A stretch of DNA of 64,000 bases from Candidatus Gottesmanbacteria bacterium GW2011_GWC1_43_10 (GTDB taxonomy: Bacteria > Patescibacteriota > Microgenomatia > UBA10105), in the NCBI GenBank assembly GCA_000995415.1, contig LCEX01000001.1, positions 60-64,059 of the forward strand, in the 5' to 3' direction. The position numbers and the translations under genes are program-made. The notes beneath the pieces were generated by a model. The model was not told the origin of the DNA and made no database searches. It saw nothing but the letters and a program-made list of their open reading frames with translations. The stretch's first letter is position 1. Each line of letters begins with the position of its first letter. Shown piece by piece: positions 27,223 to 36,935 of this stretch.

Positions 27223-28705
27223 ACGCCCTTCTCGTCAAGTACTCGTCCTTGGAGCCGGTTTAGCTGGGTTGGCGGCTGGATATGAGCTGGTAAAGGGAGG
27301 TTTTGAAGTAACAATTGTTGAAAAAAATGAAGCAGTCGGAGGATTAGCACGGACAATTGAAAAAAACGGCTTTCGTTTTGATACCGGTCCGCACCGGTGG
27401 TATACGAAGAACGACATGGTAAATAACTGGATGCTAAAACTTCTGGGTAAAGAAGTGATTAAGGTTCCCCGGTTGACCAGAATTTATTTTGACAGGAAAT
27501 TTTTTAATTATCCGATCAAAATCAAAAGCACGATTTTAGGCATGGGTCTAGTCAAAACAATTTTAGCTGTATTAGATTATGGCTTGGTTCGAATACAGGC
27601 GTTTTTTCACTCCCGGCCACCCGTGACGCTTGAAGAAGGTTATGTGTCTAAGTTTGGCCGGACGCTATATGAAATGTTTTTCAGGCGTTACAGCGAAAAA
27701 CTTTGGGGGACCAGTTGTAAAAATATTTCTGCCGATTGGATTGGACAGCGAACAAGAGGATTTAACATCAGCACCATCATCAAAGACATATTATTTAAGC
27801 CCCAAAATGTAGTTTCATTCGTCGATGAATTTTCATATCCGGAGAAAGGCATAGGCCGGATTGCCGAAAAATTGGCTGCGGATTTTAAAAAAGGCGGTGG
27901 TAAAATTCTTTTGTCAAGTGAAGTGGTGACAGTTGAGCACGATCAAAAGCGGGTTACAGCAGTGGTGGTTAAACGAAAAACCGGCGCAAAAAAATTGGTC
28001 ATTCAGGAAGTCATTAGTTCAATCCCAATTTCCGATTTCATCCAATCTCTCAATCCGGTGGTGCCAAGTGAAATCGCCCGCACCAATCACAAACTTACTT
28101 ATCGTGACGAATTGCAGGTGGCAATATTTATCAATAAAACTCATTTAACCGCCGACACCTGGATTTATGTACATTCATTAGATTTGCCGTACGTGCGTTT
28201 CATGGAAATGGACAATTGGAGTGATAAGCTTTCGCCTGAAGGCACCACTACCTTAGTTTTTGAAATAGCCTGCAATGAAGGAGACCAAACCTGGCGACAA
28301 ACAGATCGACAAATAGTAGATTTGGTTGTCAGTGCGTTTATCAAAGAATTCAATTTGATAACTGAGGCTGATATTCTTGGGAGTTTCGTTCATCGGATGC
28401 CCAAGGAATATCCGGTTTATCACCTAGGGTATAGAAAAGATTTATCGTTACTCAAAAATTATTTGAGTCGGTTGGGTAATTTACAGTTAGTTGGTCGAAA
28501 TGGAACTTTTCGCTATAACAACATGGATCATTCCATCGAAATGGGCCTCTATGCAGCTTGGAACATCATTGAAGGTGAACGTAAATTTGATGTCGAATCA
28601 GTCAACATTGAGCGGGAATATTTGGAAGAAAAAAAATTGTTTGATAAAGCACCAGAATTAGCTGAAGACGTGTCAGTGGAAGAAAACGAACCATCACATG
28701 AATAA
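27212..28705 (+). CDS. FAD-dependent oxidoreductase, UDP-galactopyranose mutase-like (ORF opens 27188; ATG at 27212 places GxGxxG at the N-terminus)
   Basis: VLVLGAGLAGLAAGYEL..VTIVEKNEAVGG dinucleotide fold. GPHRWYTKNDMVNNWM resembles the Glf GPH-x-FHT-x-N-x-VW motif. The roughly 500-aa length is longer than canonical bacterial Glf. Confidence 0.6.
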   Translation: MKVERPSRQVLVLGAGLAGLAAGYELVKGGFEVTIVEKNEAVGGLARTIEKNGFRFDTGPHRWYTKNDMVNNWMLKLLGKEVIKVPRLTRIYFDRKFFNYPIKIKSTILGMGLVKTILAVLDYGLVRIQAFFHSRPPVTLEEGYVSKFGRTLYEMFFRRYSEKLWGTSCKNISADWIGQRTRGFNISTIIKDILFKPQNVVSFVDEFSYPEKGIGRIAEKLAADFKKGGGKILLSSEVVTVEHDQKRVTAVVVKRKTGAKKLVIQEVISSIPISDFIQSLNPVVPSEIARTNHKLTYRDELQVAIFINKTHLTADTWIYVHSLDLPYVRFMEMDNWSDKLSPEGTTTLVFEIACNEGDQTWRQTDRQIVDLVVSAFIKEFNLITEADILGSFVHRMPKEYPVYHLGYRKDLSLLKNYLSRLGNLQLVGRNGTFRYNNMDHSIEMGLYAAWNIIEGERKFDVESVNIEREYLEEKKLFDKAPELAEDVSVEENEPSHE

Positions 28706-29447
28706 GCGTAATAAGATCATCGTCGTTATGCCAGCATTCAATGCCGAAAAGACTTTGGAAAAAACGGTTAAGGATTTTCCACCGGGTCTAGTCAGCAAAA
28801 CAATTTTGGTTGATGATGGGTCGACAGATCAAACAGTCAAACTAGCGCAAAAACTGGGTTTAACGGTGTTTACCCATTCAGCAAATTTAGGTTACGGCGG
28901 TAACCAGAAGACTTGTTATTGGGAGGCACTAAAAGAAAACCCGGATGTAGTGGTGATGGTGCATCCTGATTATCAATACGATAGTTCGTTGACGGGCGAA
29001 ATGGTCCGACCGATTTTGGAAGGTAGATACGATATGATGTTTGGTAACCGGATTCGGACTCGAGCTGAAGTACTAGCCGGAGGGATGCCAAGAGCCAAGT
29101 ACTACCTGAATCGAGTATATTGCATTTTGGAAAACATGGTATTAGGTGCCAACTTTCCTGAGTATTTTAGTGGCATGCGAGCATATAGCGGTAAATTATT
29201 AAAAAAAATTCCCTTTCAGCGTTTCTCAAATGACTTTGTTTTCGATCAGCAGTTCATGTTGGTGGCTTATGCTCATGCGTTTCGGATCGGCACTATAGAT
29301 ATCCCGGTCCGCTATTTTTCCGAAGCCTCTTCAATTCAGTTTGTAAAAGGAAGTAAGTTCCTGATTGAGACGCTAGTTATGTTACTTAGGTATTTAGGTT
29401 TTAAATGGCGTTTGACACAAGATGATTTGTTTAGAATCGCGTCATGA
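28698..29447 (+). CDS. GT2 polyprenyl-phosphate sugar synthase (GtrB/DPM1-like)
   Basis: IIVVMPAFNAEKTL...ILVDDGSTDQT...ANLGYGGNQKT...FSGMRAY matches the DPM1/GtrB pattern (NRGKG-like loop). Soluble, 249 aa. 4-nt overlap with the following GT-C membrane gene. Confidence 0.75.
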   Translation: MNKRNKIIVVMPAFNAEKTLEKTVKDFPPGLVSKTILVDDGSTDQTVKLAQKLGLTVFTHSANLGYGGNQKTCYWEALKENPDVVVMVHPDYQYDSSLTGEMVRPILEGRYDMMFGNRIRTRAEVLAGGMPRAKYYLNRVYCILENMVLGANFPEYFSGMRAYSGKLLKKIPFQRFSNDFVFDQQFMLVAYAHAFRIGTIDIPVRYFSEASSIQFVKGSKFLIETLVMLLRYLGFKWRLTQDDLFRIAS

Positions 29448-31102
29448 AAATACGGCCAGTGATCATTTTCAGTTTGTTTTTAATATTCATATCCGTTTGG
29501 GCAATGCGGGCGCTTTTCCATCCGGGTTTTTATACCAGTCATGACGGTTGGCATCAGGTGGCTCGGCTCTACCATTTTGATGTGGCTATCCGGGATGGGC
29601 AATTTCCACCTCGCTTTAGCGCTGAGCTACTTAATAGTTTTGGTTACCCGCTATTTATTTTTTCTTATCACTTGCCGTGGTGGTTGGCCGAGCCGTTGGT
29701 TTTGCTGGGAATGTCCATATTTGATGCGATAAAGGTTGTTTTTATTTTGACTTATGTTCTGTCGGGGTTAGCGATGTTTTGGTGGCTAAGAGAAATTTGG
29801 GGAGATATGGGAGGACTCGCCGGAGCGCTGGTTTACCAATTTACTCCATATCGCTTTGCCAATATTTTGGTCAGAGCAAATATCGGTGAGGCAGTCAGTT
29901 TTATGTGTATTCCGCTGATTTTCTGGGGTTTATATCGTGCCCATAAAAAGCAGTCTGTTCCGGCAATCGTCTTGGGAGCAGTAGGGATAGCAGGTTTTGT
30001 GTTATCCCACATTATGGTGGGATTTTTGTTTGCCTTAACATTAATTATCTATTTTTTAGGGCTTCTTACCAAAGCTACCTCTAAAGGCAAATTTATACTA
30101 AGTGCTTTAGCGACCGTCAGTTTAGGCTTGGGTTTGACTGCATATTATTGGTTGCCAGCAATTTTTTATAAACCGCTGACGGTTTTTTCCGATTTTTACC
30201 ACGGTTTGTATCAAAATCATTTTACGCCGCTATCTAAGCTTATTTATTCAGTTTGGGGATATAGTCCGATTGGGATTCCGGGAGAAATGTCCCGTCAGGT
30301 TGGAGTTGTCATTTGGCTGATGATCGCACTTTCTTTGCTTTCCCTATTGGGAAGAGTATTGTTGGGTCAGTCTAAATCCAGGTTTTCTTTATATAACCTC
30401 TTCACGGGTGCATTTTTGATCAGTTTTATAAGCTCCGTTTTTCTGATGATGAGAGCTTCTGCTCCGATTTGGAAAATGATCGAGTCTTGGTCAATGATTG
30501 ACTTTCCCTGGCGATTTTTAGCCGTGACCACATTTTCGGGCAGTGTTTTGACTGCAGGTGCCGCCTCATTGATTAGGAGTAAGCTCCGTTATCTAGTGAT
30601 AGTTATTTTATTTGGGGCATTGGTATATACCAATCGTAATTACGTGCGCGTCAATCAGTATACAGACATCCCACTTTCACTTTATATTGAATCGGAGTTG
30701 ACGACAAATACCGATGATGAATATCTGCCAAAATGGGTTGATCGTACCTTTGCCAAAAAGAAAAAACCTTTGCTGACATCGGACACAACCACGGTTAGCA
30801 ATTTAACTCAAACCTCAAACGTCACCAAATTGGATTATTCTCAAAATTCCCAAGCAACGGTTAGCCTGTATCAAATGTATTTTCCTGGTTGGCAAGCCTT
30901 GATAGATGGTCGGACGGTTTTAGTTTCTAAAAATAATTTTGGTGGCCTTAATATCGATTTACCTTCCGGTCAACATCAATTATTGCTCAAATATCAACCT
31001 ACTGCGATCATGCGTTTTGGTGATGTGCTAAGTTTAGCGAGTCTAAGTTTGATAGGGTTGTGGATATTTAATCGCTTTATAAAATTGCGCCGAGAATCAT
31101 GA
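29444..31102 (+). CDS. polytopic membrane protein, YfhO-like / GT-C-like glycosyltransferase
   Basis: Multi-TM. N-terminal HDGWHQVARLYHFDVAIRDGQFPPRF loop. C-terminal LYQMYFPGWQALIDGRTV matches the YfhO-type Y-x-PGW-x-A-x-IDG motif. Coupled to the upstream GtrB-like GT2. Confidence 0.6.
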   Translation: MKIRPVIIFSLFLIFISVWAMRALFHPGFYTSHDGWHQVARLYHFDVAIRDGQFPPRFSAELLNSFGYPLFIFSYHLPWWLAEPLVLLGMSIFDAIKVVFILTYVLSGLAMFWWLREIWGDMGGLAGALVYQFTPYRFANILVRANIGEAVSFMCIPLIFWGLYRAHKKQSVPAIVLGAVGIAGFVLSHIMVGFLFALTLIIYFLGLLTKATSKGKFILSALATVSLGLGLTAYYWLPAIFYKPLTVFSDFYHGLYQNHFTPLSKLIYSVWGYSPIGIPGEMSRQVGVVIWLMIALSLLSLLGRVLLGQSKSRFSLYNLFTGAFLISFISSVFLMMRASAPIWKMIESWSMIDFPWRFLAVTTFSGSVLTAGAASLIRSKLRYLVIVILFGALVYTNRNYVRVNQYTDIPLSLYIESELTTNTDDEYLPKWVDRTFAKKKKPLLTSDTTTVSNLTQTSNVTKLDYSQNSQATVSLYQMYFPGWQALIDGRTVLVSKNNFGGLNIDLPSGQHQLLLKYQPTAIMRFGDVLSLASLSLIGLWIFNRFIKLRRES

Positions 31103-31866
31103 AATTGTCAGTAGTATTGGCTACGTACAATGAAGAAAAAAACCTACCAGCTTGTTTGGAAAGTGTAGCTGGTTGGTGTAGTGAAATAGTGGTGATTGAT
31201 GGATCATCAAGAGATCACACTATCGACATTGCCCAAAAATTTGGGGCGCGGGTAACCGTGACCGATAATCCACCGATTTTTCACATCAACAAGCAAAAAG
31301 CGATAGATCTGGCCCGCGGAGAGTGGATATTACAACTGGATGCGGATGAACGAGTGAGTAGAGAACTTAAGACCGAAATAGACGCAGCGATAAAAAACCC
31401 AGACATTGATGGGTATTGGCTTCCCCGGAAAAATTACTTCTTAGGTAGGTTCCTGACGAAAGGAGGGCAATATCCTGACTACACGCTGAGACTATATCGA
31501 AAGGGAAAAGGGAGGCTACCGCTCAAGGATGTACACGAACAGGCTATCGTTTTGGGAGAGGTAGGCTATTTAAAAAATCCCCTCATTCATATGGCAGATC
31601 CCAGTTTTCAAAGATACATAATGCGTTATAAAAGATATGTAGATTTATTAGCGCAACAGATATCTGTGCAAGAAAAGCGGATTAATATTTTTCCCTTGGT
31701 TAATTATTTATTGATAAAGCCGGTCTATTGGTTTCTTTTAATTTATGTCCGGCACAAAGGATTTGTCGATTCATGGCAAGGTTTTGTCTTTGCAGTGTTT
31801 TCAGGACTCCGCTACCCTCTGGCTTATATTAAGTATTTAACTAACTATGCGCGTCGCGATCATTGA
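31099..31866 (+). CDS. GT2-family glycosyltransferase
   Basis: LSVVLATYNEEKNLPACLESV...IVVIDGSSRDHT...LDADE. Confidence 0.8.
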   Translation: MKLSVVLATYNEEKNLPACLESVAGWCSEIVVIDGSSRDHTIDIAQKFGARVTVTDNPPIFHINKQKAIDLARGEWILQLDADERVSRELKTEIDAAIKNPDIDGYWLPRKNYFLGRFLTKGGQYPDYTLRLYRKGKGRLPLKDVHEQAIVLGEVGYLKNPLIHMADPSFQRYIMRYKRYVDLLAQQISVQEKRINIFPLVNYLLIKPVYWFLLIYVRHKGFVDSWQGFVFAVFSGLRYPLAYIKYLTNYARRDH

Positions 31867-32887
31867 GCCACCACTTATGGGACACATGTTGAGAGGAACG
31901 GGTGTTTATACTCGCAATTTGGCACGAGCTTTGGAAGATGTTACAGACATGGAAATAGTGATGTCGGAAATAGAAAGCTTACCTAAAAATGTCGATCTGT
32001 ATCATTTTCCGTATTTCGACCCATTTTTTAGAACTTTACCGGTTATTAGAAATAAACCTACTGTTGTCACAGTTCACGATCTGACACCAATTCGTTTCCC
32101 TGAGCATTTTCCGCGTGGAATCAAAGGAGAACTAAAATGGCAATTGCAAAAATATATTTTGCGCGGGATAGAGGCAGTGATTACGGATTCACAAGCCTCA
32201 AAAGTAGACGTGGAAAAATTCGTGGGTCTTGACCCACAAAAAGTCCACTCCGTATATTTAGCGCCGGAACCAGAATTCTTCGAGAAAAGAGACAAATCCG
32301 AAAAAGAAAATATACGAAAAAAGTATCAATTACCAGGCAAATTTGCAATCTATACTGGAGAAGTGAATTGGAATAAAAATTTACCCAACATCATTAAAGC
32401 TGCGACGTTGGCCAAAATCCACTTACTGATCATCAGTAAGTCTTTTATAGAAAAGCATGAAGAAAGTTATAATCCGTGGAAAGATAGTTTGTTAGAATCA
32501 CAGACTTTGGCCAGAAATAATCCATGGGTAAAAGGATTAGGTTACGTAAAACTTAGTGAACTCGTGACCATTTATCAGATGGCAAGCGTACTACTTCTAC
32601 CGTCGTACTATGAAGGTTTCGGTTTACCGGTAGTTGAAGCGTTTGCCAGCGGTTGTCCGGTAATTACTTCCGATAAAGGCAGCTTGGGAGAAGTAGCTGC
32701 TGGAGCTTCCCTGATCGTAGAACCAGATGATGTTTCAGGCATGGCAAAAGCTATTCATTCAATATTAACTGATCAGGAGTTAGGCCGAAAACTGATAAAA
32801 AAAGGCAAAAATAAGTTAAGTCAATTTACTTGGAAGAAAACAGCGGACCAAACTTTTAACGTGTATAATAGTGTTTTAGATAAGTAA
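31847..32887 (+). CDS. GT4-family glycosyltransferase
   Basis: YEGFGLPVVEAFASGCPVITSDKGSLGEVAG is the GT4 E-x7-E motif. Confidence 0.85.
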   Translation: MRVAIIEPPLMGHMLRGTGVYTRNLARALEDVTDMEIVMSEIESLPKNVDLYHFPYFDPFFRTLPVIRNKPTVVTVHDLTPIRFPEHFPRGIKGELKWQLQKYILRGIEAVITDSQASKVDVEKFVGLDPQKVHSVYLAPEPEFFEKRDKSEKENIRKKYQLPGKFAIYTGEVNWNKNLPNIIKAATLAKIHLLIISKSFIEKHEESYNPWKDSLLESQTLARNNPWVKGLGYVKLSELVTIYQMASVLLLPSYYEGFGLPVVEAFASGCPVITSDKGSLGEVAAGASLIVEPDDVSGMAKAIHSILTDQELGRKLIKKGKNKLSQFTWKKTADQTFNVYNSVLDK

Positions 32888-32902
32888 AAAGCTTACCATT
32901 CT

Positions 32903-34630
32903 ATGGTTAATTCGATTGTTTATGTGAGTACATGGATTTGGCAAAGAAGATACTGGTTGGTTTATTGGGTTGTGGTATTCGGGATATATTGGGCAAACAC
33001 TTTCCATACAAACTTTTCAGACGAATTCGATAACATAGTGGGTGGCTGGTATATAAACCATGGTATCCTGCCCTACATCGGTTTTTTTACACATCACAAT
33101 CCAGGTGCCTACTTCTTATCGGCCCTAATTACTTTATTTACGAAGCAATCATTTGTAGTGTTTCGAATAGTGTGGGGTGGGATGCTGTTTTTGGCCGTAT
33201 GCAGTAGTTATTTTTTTTTGCGTAAGCATGTTGGTATAAAAGACACATGGTTTTTTTTAGGATACACTGTCCTTGTTGGTCTGTCCGCCACATATTATTG
33301 GGGACACATGATGTTATCGGAGACAATCGTTGGGTATCTGTTGATACCTGTTTACGGTCTGGTGTTTATTAAAGCTTTGCGCGGTCAAGTTTTTACTTAC
33401 CGAGACGTTTGGTTCGTATCTATTGGTACAGCTCTAGCTCTTTTTACCTCTTTTACATTCATTTTTTCTACAGCCATATTGGTAGGTTTTGTGGCGCTTC
33501 TTTATCTAAGGCAAATAAGACTCATACAAGATATAAAAAGATTTTGCATAAGTACAGGAAAAATAATGGGTATATTTATCTTGCCTTACGTAATATTTTT
33601 AGCGTATCTCATAGTTTCGGGTAGTTTACCCAAATTTTACTTCCAATCCATTACTTACAATCGGGATTATTACATATACAACTTTCCCAAGGTTTCTGGC
33701 CAGATTTCCAAAAATCCCGCTCGATACGCACTTTCAATTCTTTATGAAACGTCGAACCAATTTAACACTCTATCTTTTCAAGTTCGTGACTTTAATTTTG
33801 CTTATCCCATAAATATCACTCTTTTAGTGGCAAACGTAACTGTATTTATTTATCTCTTTCTGAGAAAGAAGAACTTTCAGGCGGTGGTTATCTATTTATT
33901 TATTGTGTACCTTAATGCCAGAGCAGAACCGTTAAATTCAGGCGAAACAGATTTTCACTCGACTGTCTACATCATGGTGAGTTTATTTAATCTGAGCTTC
34001 ATAGTTTGGGAAGTTTGGCATGCCCTAAACGCCAAGCTTAGCTCCGCAATACGGCTTATTAACAGCACTTTATTTTTGTTCGTAGGTGTATATGGGGTTT
34101 TTCTGACTGCGTTCTTTGCCAGGAATTTTGCGGACAAAACCTATGCCAAAATCATGGGTCAGGCGCCAATTATTTACGATGATCCTGTTGTGGCTCCAAT
34201 AATAAACAAAATTGTATCAAAAGATGAATATTTTTGGATCGGACCGTTTGAATTTCAAGAACTTTTATACATAAACGGACGGTTGCCTTCAAAATATCAC
34301 TGGTTTTTACCCGCCCATGAACGCTCAGAACAAATTCGTACCGAGTTCATATCAGACCTGACGCGGAACCGACCAAAAATAATCGTCTTTAAAGGAAATT
34401 TGGGTTATTTTGGGAAGTTACCTCAGGAATTTAATTATCCGATCGCAAATTTTCTGCGGGATTACTATTTTCGTTTAATAGATCTTGAGGCTGAAAATAA
34501 GAAATTTAAGCCAACACGGACGGATTTGCACAATTTTGATATTGCCGAAAACTTCTACTTCGATAAAAGTAAAAAAAATGAAATAGTAGAACAGCTTTTG
34601 CGCGAAAATATTATTAAACCAGCAGAATGA
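32903..34630 (+). CDS. polytopic integral membrane protein, unknown family (candidate GT-C or polymerase)
   Basis: About 12 predicted TM helices plus a soluble C-terminal tail. No known motif recognised. Confidence 0.55.
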   Translation: MVNSIVYVSTWIWQRRYWLVYWVVVFGIYWANTFHTNFSDEFDNIVGGWYINHGILPYIGFFTHHNPGAYFLSALITLFTKQSFVVFRIVWGGMLFLAVCSSYFFLRKHVGIKDTWFFLGYTVLVGLSATYYWGHMMLSETIVGYLLIPVYGLVFIKALRGQVFTYRDVWFVSIGTALALFTSFTFIFSTAILVGFVALLYLRQIRLIQDIKRFCISTGKIMGIFILPYVIFLAYLIVSGSLPKFYFQSITYNRDYYIYNFPKVSGQISKNPARYALSILYETSNQFNTLSFQVRDFNFAYPINITLLVANVTVFIYLFLRKKNFQAVVIYLFIVYLNARAEPLNSGETDFHSTVYIMVSLFNLSFIVWEVWHALNAKLSSAIRLINSTLFLFVGVYGVFLTAFFARNFADKTYAKIMGQAPIIYDDPVVAPIINKIVSKDEYFWIGPFEFQELLYINGRLPSKYHWFLPAHERSEQIRTEFISDLTRNRPKIIVFKGNLGYFGKLPQEFNYPIANFLRDYYFRLIDLEAENKKFKPTRTDLHNFDIAENFYFDKSKKNEIVEQLLRENIIKPAE

Positions 34631-35832
34631 TATATTTAGCAATTTTAGGAGTATGGAGAATCGTCCTATTTGGTATAGCCGTCACTGCACAGAGATTTCC
34701 GTTTGTACCTCGATTTCCTTATAGCGATATTTATCTTATTCCTTCAAGCTTACCCCCATGGGTTTGGGGATGGGCCAATTTTGACGGGGTACATTATTTA
34801 ACTATTGCCAAAACAGGTTATTCCGCTCAATTTACTCAAACTTTTTTCCCCTTATATCCGATTTTTGTTAGGATAGTGAGCTTGCTCATACACGATAAAT
34901 TTTTGATTCTCAGTGGGATTTTGATTTCTTTTATCGCCATGGCACTGGGTGTACACGTATTTTATAAATTGTTATCCTTGGATTATGACCGTGACCAGAT
35001 CATTTATATTTTACTATTTCTATTTTTATTTCCGACGAGCTTTTATTTTGGCGCTCTTTACACCGAAGCTCTTTTTTTCTTTTTGGTGATAACGGCGTTT
35101 TGGTGTGCACGTACAAACAGATGGTGGTTAAGCGGGATTTGTGGCATGCTCGCTTCAGCTACTAGAATTACCGGTATTTTTTTACTTCCGGCATTACTTT
35201 GGGAATGGCACTATCAAAAATCGTCCACTTTCCGCCGGCATTCTTTACAAAATGATAGCAGAAAAACCAATTCTAAATTCCAAATAAAGGTAGCGCTAAA
35301 ATCTGCTGCGGGGATAATGTGGGATTCGCTGCGGTCACCTGTACTCTATCTTGTCCCATTGGGCTTGATTTTTTACATGGTTTTTTTGCAGTGGAAGTAT
35401 GGTGACGCGTTGCTTTTTTGGCATGCACAATCAGTTTTTGGAGCTGAGAGGGCAAGTAATTCATTTGTATTTCCACTCCAGGTGGTTTGGCGCTATCTTA
35501 AAATCCTAAAAGCAATTCCTTTTCCCGCATATGCTTTTTGGTTGGCTCTAGGAGAGTTAAGCGCTTTTATAGTAAGTGTAGGATTTCTGATCTCTGCCCA
35601 TCTCTCAAGAGTCCGTTTTTCTTATCTAGTTTTTAGTTGGTTAGTGATTATTGTTCCAACTCTGACCGGAACTTTTTCCAGTCTGCCCCGTTACGTTCTG
35701 ATGGTTTTTCCGATGTTTATCAGTCTGGGTTTGATAAAAAATAAGGCAATTAAGCTATTGGTTATGGCGGTAAGCGTTTTGTTGTTGACGTATCTAACTT
35801 CACTTTTCATCCGTGGCTTATGGGTAGCCTAG
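34627..35832 (+). CDS. GT-C membrane glycosyltransferase, PIG-V/GPI18-like (GT76) or DUF2029-like mannosyltransferase
   Basis: WANFDGVHYLTIAKTGYS resembles the W-D-x-x-Y-x-x-IA-x-x-GY motif of PIG-V-family mannosyltransferases. Multi-TM. Assignment by eye, alternatives possible. Confidence 0.45.
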   Translation: MIYLAILGVWRIVLFGIAVTAQRFPFVPRFPYSDIYLIPSSLPPWVWGWANFDGVHYLTIAKTGYSAQFTQTFFPLYPIFVRIVSLLIHDKFLILSGILISFIAMALGVHVFYKLLSLDYDRDQIIYILLFLFLFPTSFYFGALYTEALFFFLVITAFWCARTNRWWLSGICGMLASATRITGIFLLPALLWEWHYQKSSTFRRHSLQNDSRKTNSKFQIKVALKSAAGIMWDSLRSPVLYLVPLGLIFYMVFLQWKYGDALLFWHAQSVFGAERASNSFVFPLQVVWRYLKILKAIPFPAYAFWLALGELSAFIVSVGFLISAHLSRVRFSYLVFSWLVIIVPTLTGTFSSLPRYVLMVFPMFISLGLIKNKAIKLLVMAVSVLLLTYLTSLFIRGLWVA

Positions 35833-35840
35833 CCTTGGGC

Positions 35841-35871
35841 TTGCCAGTTTTGTACCTTTACATGGTATAAT
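35841..35871 (+). promoter_or_regulatory. sigma70-like promoter with extended -10 (TTGCCA ... TGgTATAAT) upstream of the GT2 gene at 35892
   Basis: TTGCCA at 35841-35846. TG at 35863-35864 followed by TATAAT at 35866-35871. The 59-bp gap is the only sizeable intergenic space in the long + operon. Confidence 0.4.
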
Positions 35872-35891
35872 TAAACTTAAAATAGGCGACT

Positions 35892-36575
35892 ATGCCGCGA
35901 TTACTTTTGCTTATTCCAGCCTTTAATGAAGCAGCTATAATTGGTGAGGTGCTTGATGGATTACCTAGACAAATTCATGGAATGGGTAAAATAGATGTGG
36001 TTGTAATTGACGACGGTTCTCAAGATAATACTTTTGAGATTGCGAAACGCAAAAAGGTAAAAGTATTTCGTCACTCGTTAAATTTGGGTTTAGGGGCAGT
36101 TTTGGGAACCGGATTTGAATACGCTGTAAATACAGGCTACGATTTTGTGATCACGGTTGATGCCGATGGTCAACACCAACCAGATGATGTGGTGAATATC
36201 GCCAAATCACTGCTGACAGAAAAGTCGGACATAGTGATTGGGAGTAGGTCATTAAGTAAAAAAAATATGCCACTTGTCAGGCGATTAGTGAACTTTCTAT
36301 CAAATACACTGACGTTTTTGTTATTTAACGTCTGGACGACAGATTCACAATCAGGACTTAGAGGATTCACAAAAGCGGCTCTTAAAAAATTGAAAATTCG
36401 TTCGCAGCGAATGGAAGTTTCTTCCGAAATTTTTAAAGAAATTGGCCGGCTGCATCTGACTTTTGTAGAAGTTCCGATCACCGCGATTTATACAGATTAT
36501 TCTTTGACCAAGGGCCAACCGATCAGTAATGCACCGAACGTTTTTTGGAAATTACTTTTACAAAGATTTGCATAA
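35892..36575 (+). CDS. GT2 polyprenyl-phosphate sugar synthase (GtrB/DPM1-like)
   Basis: LLLIPAFNEAAIIGEVL...VVVIDDGSQDNT...SLNLGLGAVLGTGFEYA...VDADGQHQPDD. Small soluble GT2 of the DPM1/GtrB type. Confidence 0.8.
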   Translation: MPRLLLLIPAFNEAAIIGEVLDGLPRQIHGMGKIDVVVIDDGSQDNTFEIAKRKKVKVFRHSLNLGLGAVLGTGFEYAVNTGYDFVITVDADGQHQPDDVVNIAKSLLTEKSDIVIGSRSLSKKNMPLVRRLVNFLSNTLTFLLFNVWTTDSQSGLRGFTKAALKKLKIRSQRMEVSSEIFKEIGRLHLTFVEVPITAIYTDYSLTKGQPISNAPNVFWKLLLQRFA

Positions 36576-36583
36576 AATTTTTT

Positions 36584-36934
36584 ATGCTGATTCAAATATT
36601 TTTCAGCCTATTTCTGCTATTTGCGTTAAGCCGGGTTATTTTACAGGTAAAATCTGCCAAAATTTCTCCGGGCGGGTTTCTTTTTTGGAGTGCTCTGTTT
36701 ATTTTTGCGTTGGTCGGCGTCATAGAGCCCAAGCTCACTTCTTACATCGCTAATTTTTTGGGCATAGGTCGGGGAGCCGATGTAGTTTTGTATACATCAA
36801 TCGCACTTTTATTTTACTTGATTTTTCGATTATCGATTGCACTTGAAGAAACGCGGCGAGAAATCACAAAATTGGTTAGAAAAATCACCTTGGATGATAA
36901 GTCTCAAGTTAAATCTTCAAGAAGCAGAGGCTAA
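36584..36934 (+). CDS. DUF2304-family small membrane protein (GtrA-like partner of GtrB-type GT2); ORF opens at 36545, ATG at 36584 preferred
   Basis: Three TM helices. GIGRGADVVLYTSIALLFYLIFRL matches the conserved DUF2304 core as I recall it. Immediately downstream of the GtrB-like gene. Confidence 0.55.
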   Translation: MLIQIFFSLFLLFALSRVILQVKSAKISPGGFLFWSALFIFALVGVIEPKLTSYIANFLGIGRGADVVLYTSIALLFYLIFRLSIALEETRREITKLVRKITLDDKSQVKSSRSRG

Positions 36935-36935
36935 A

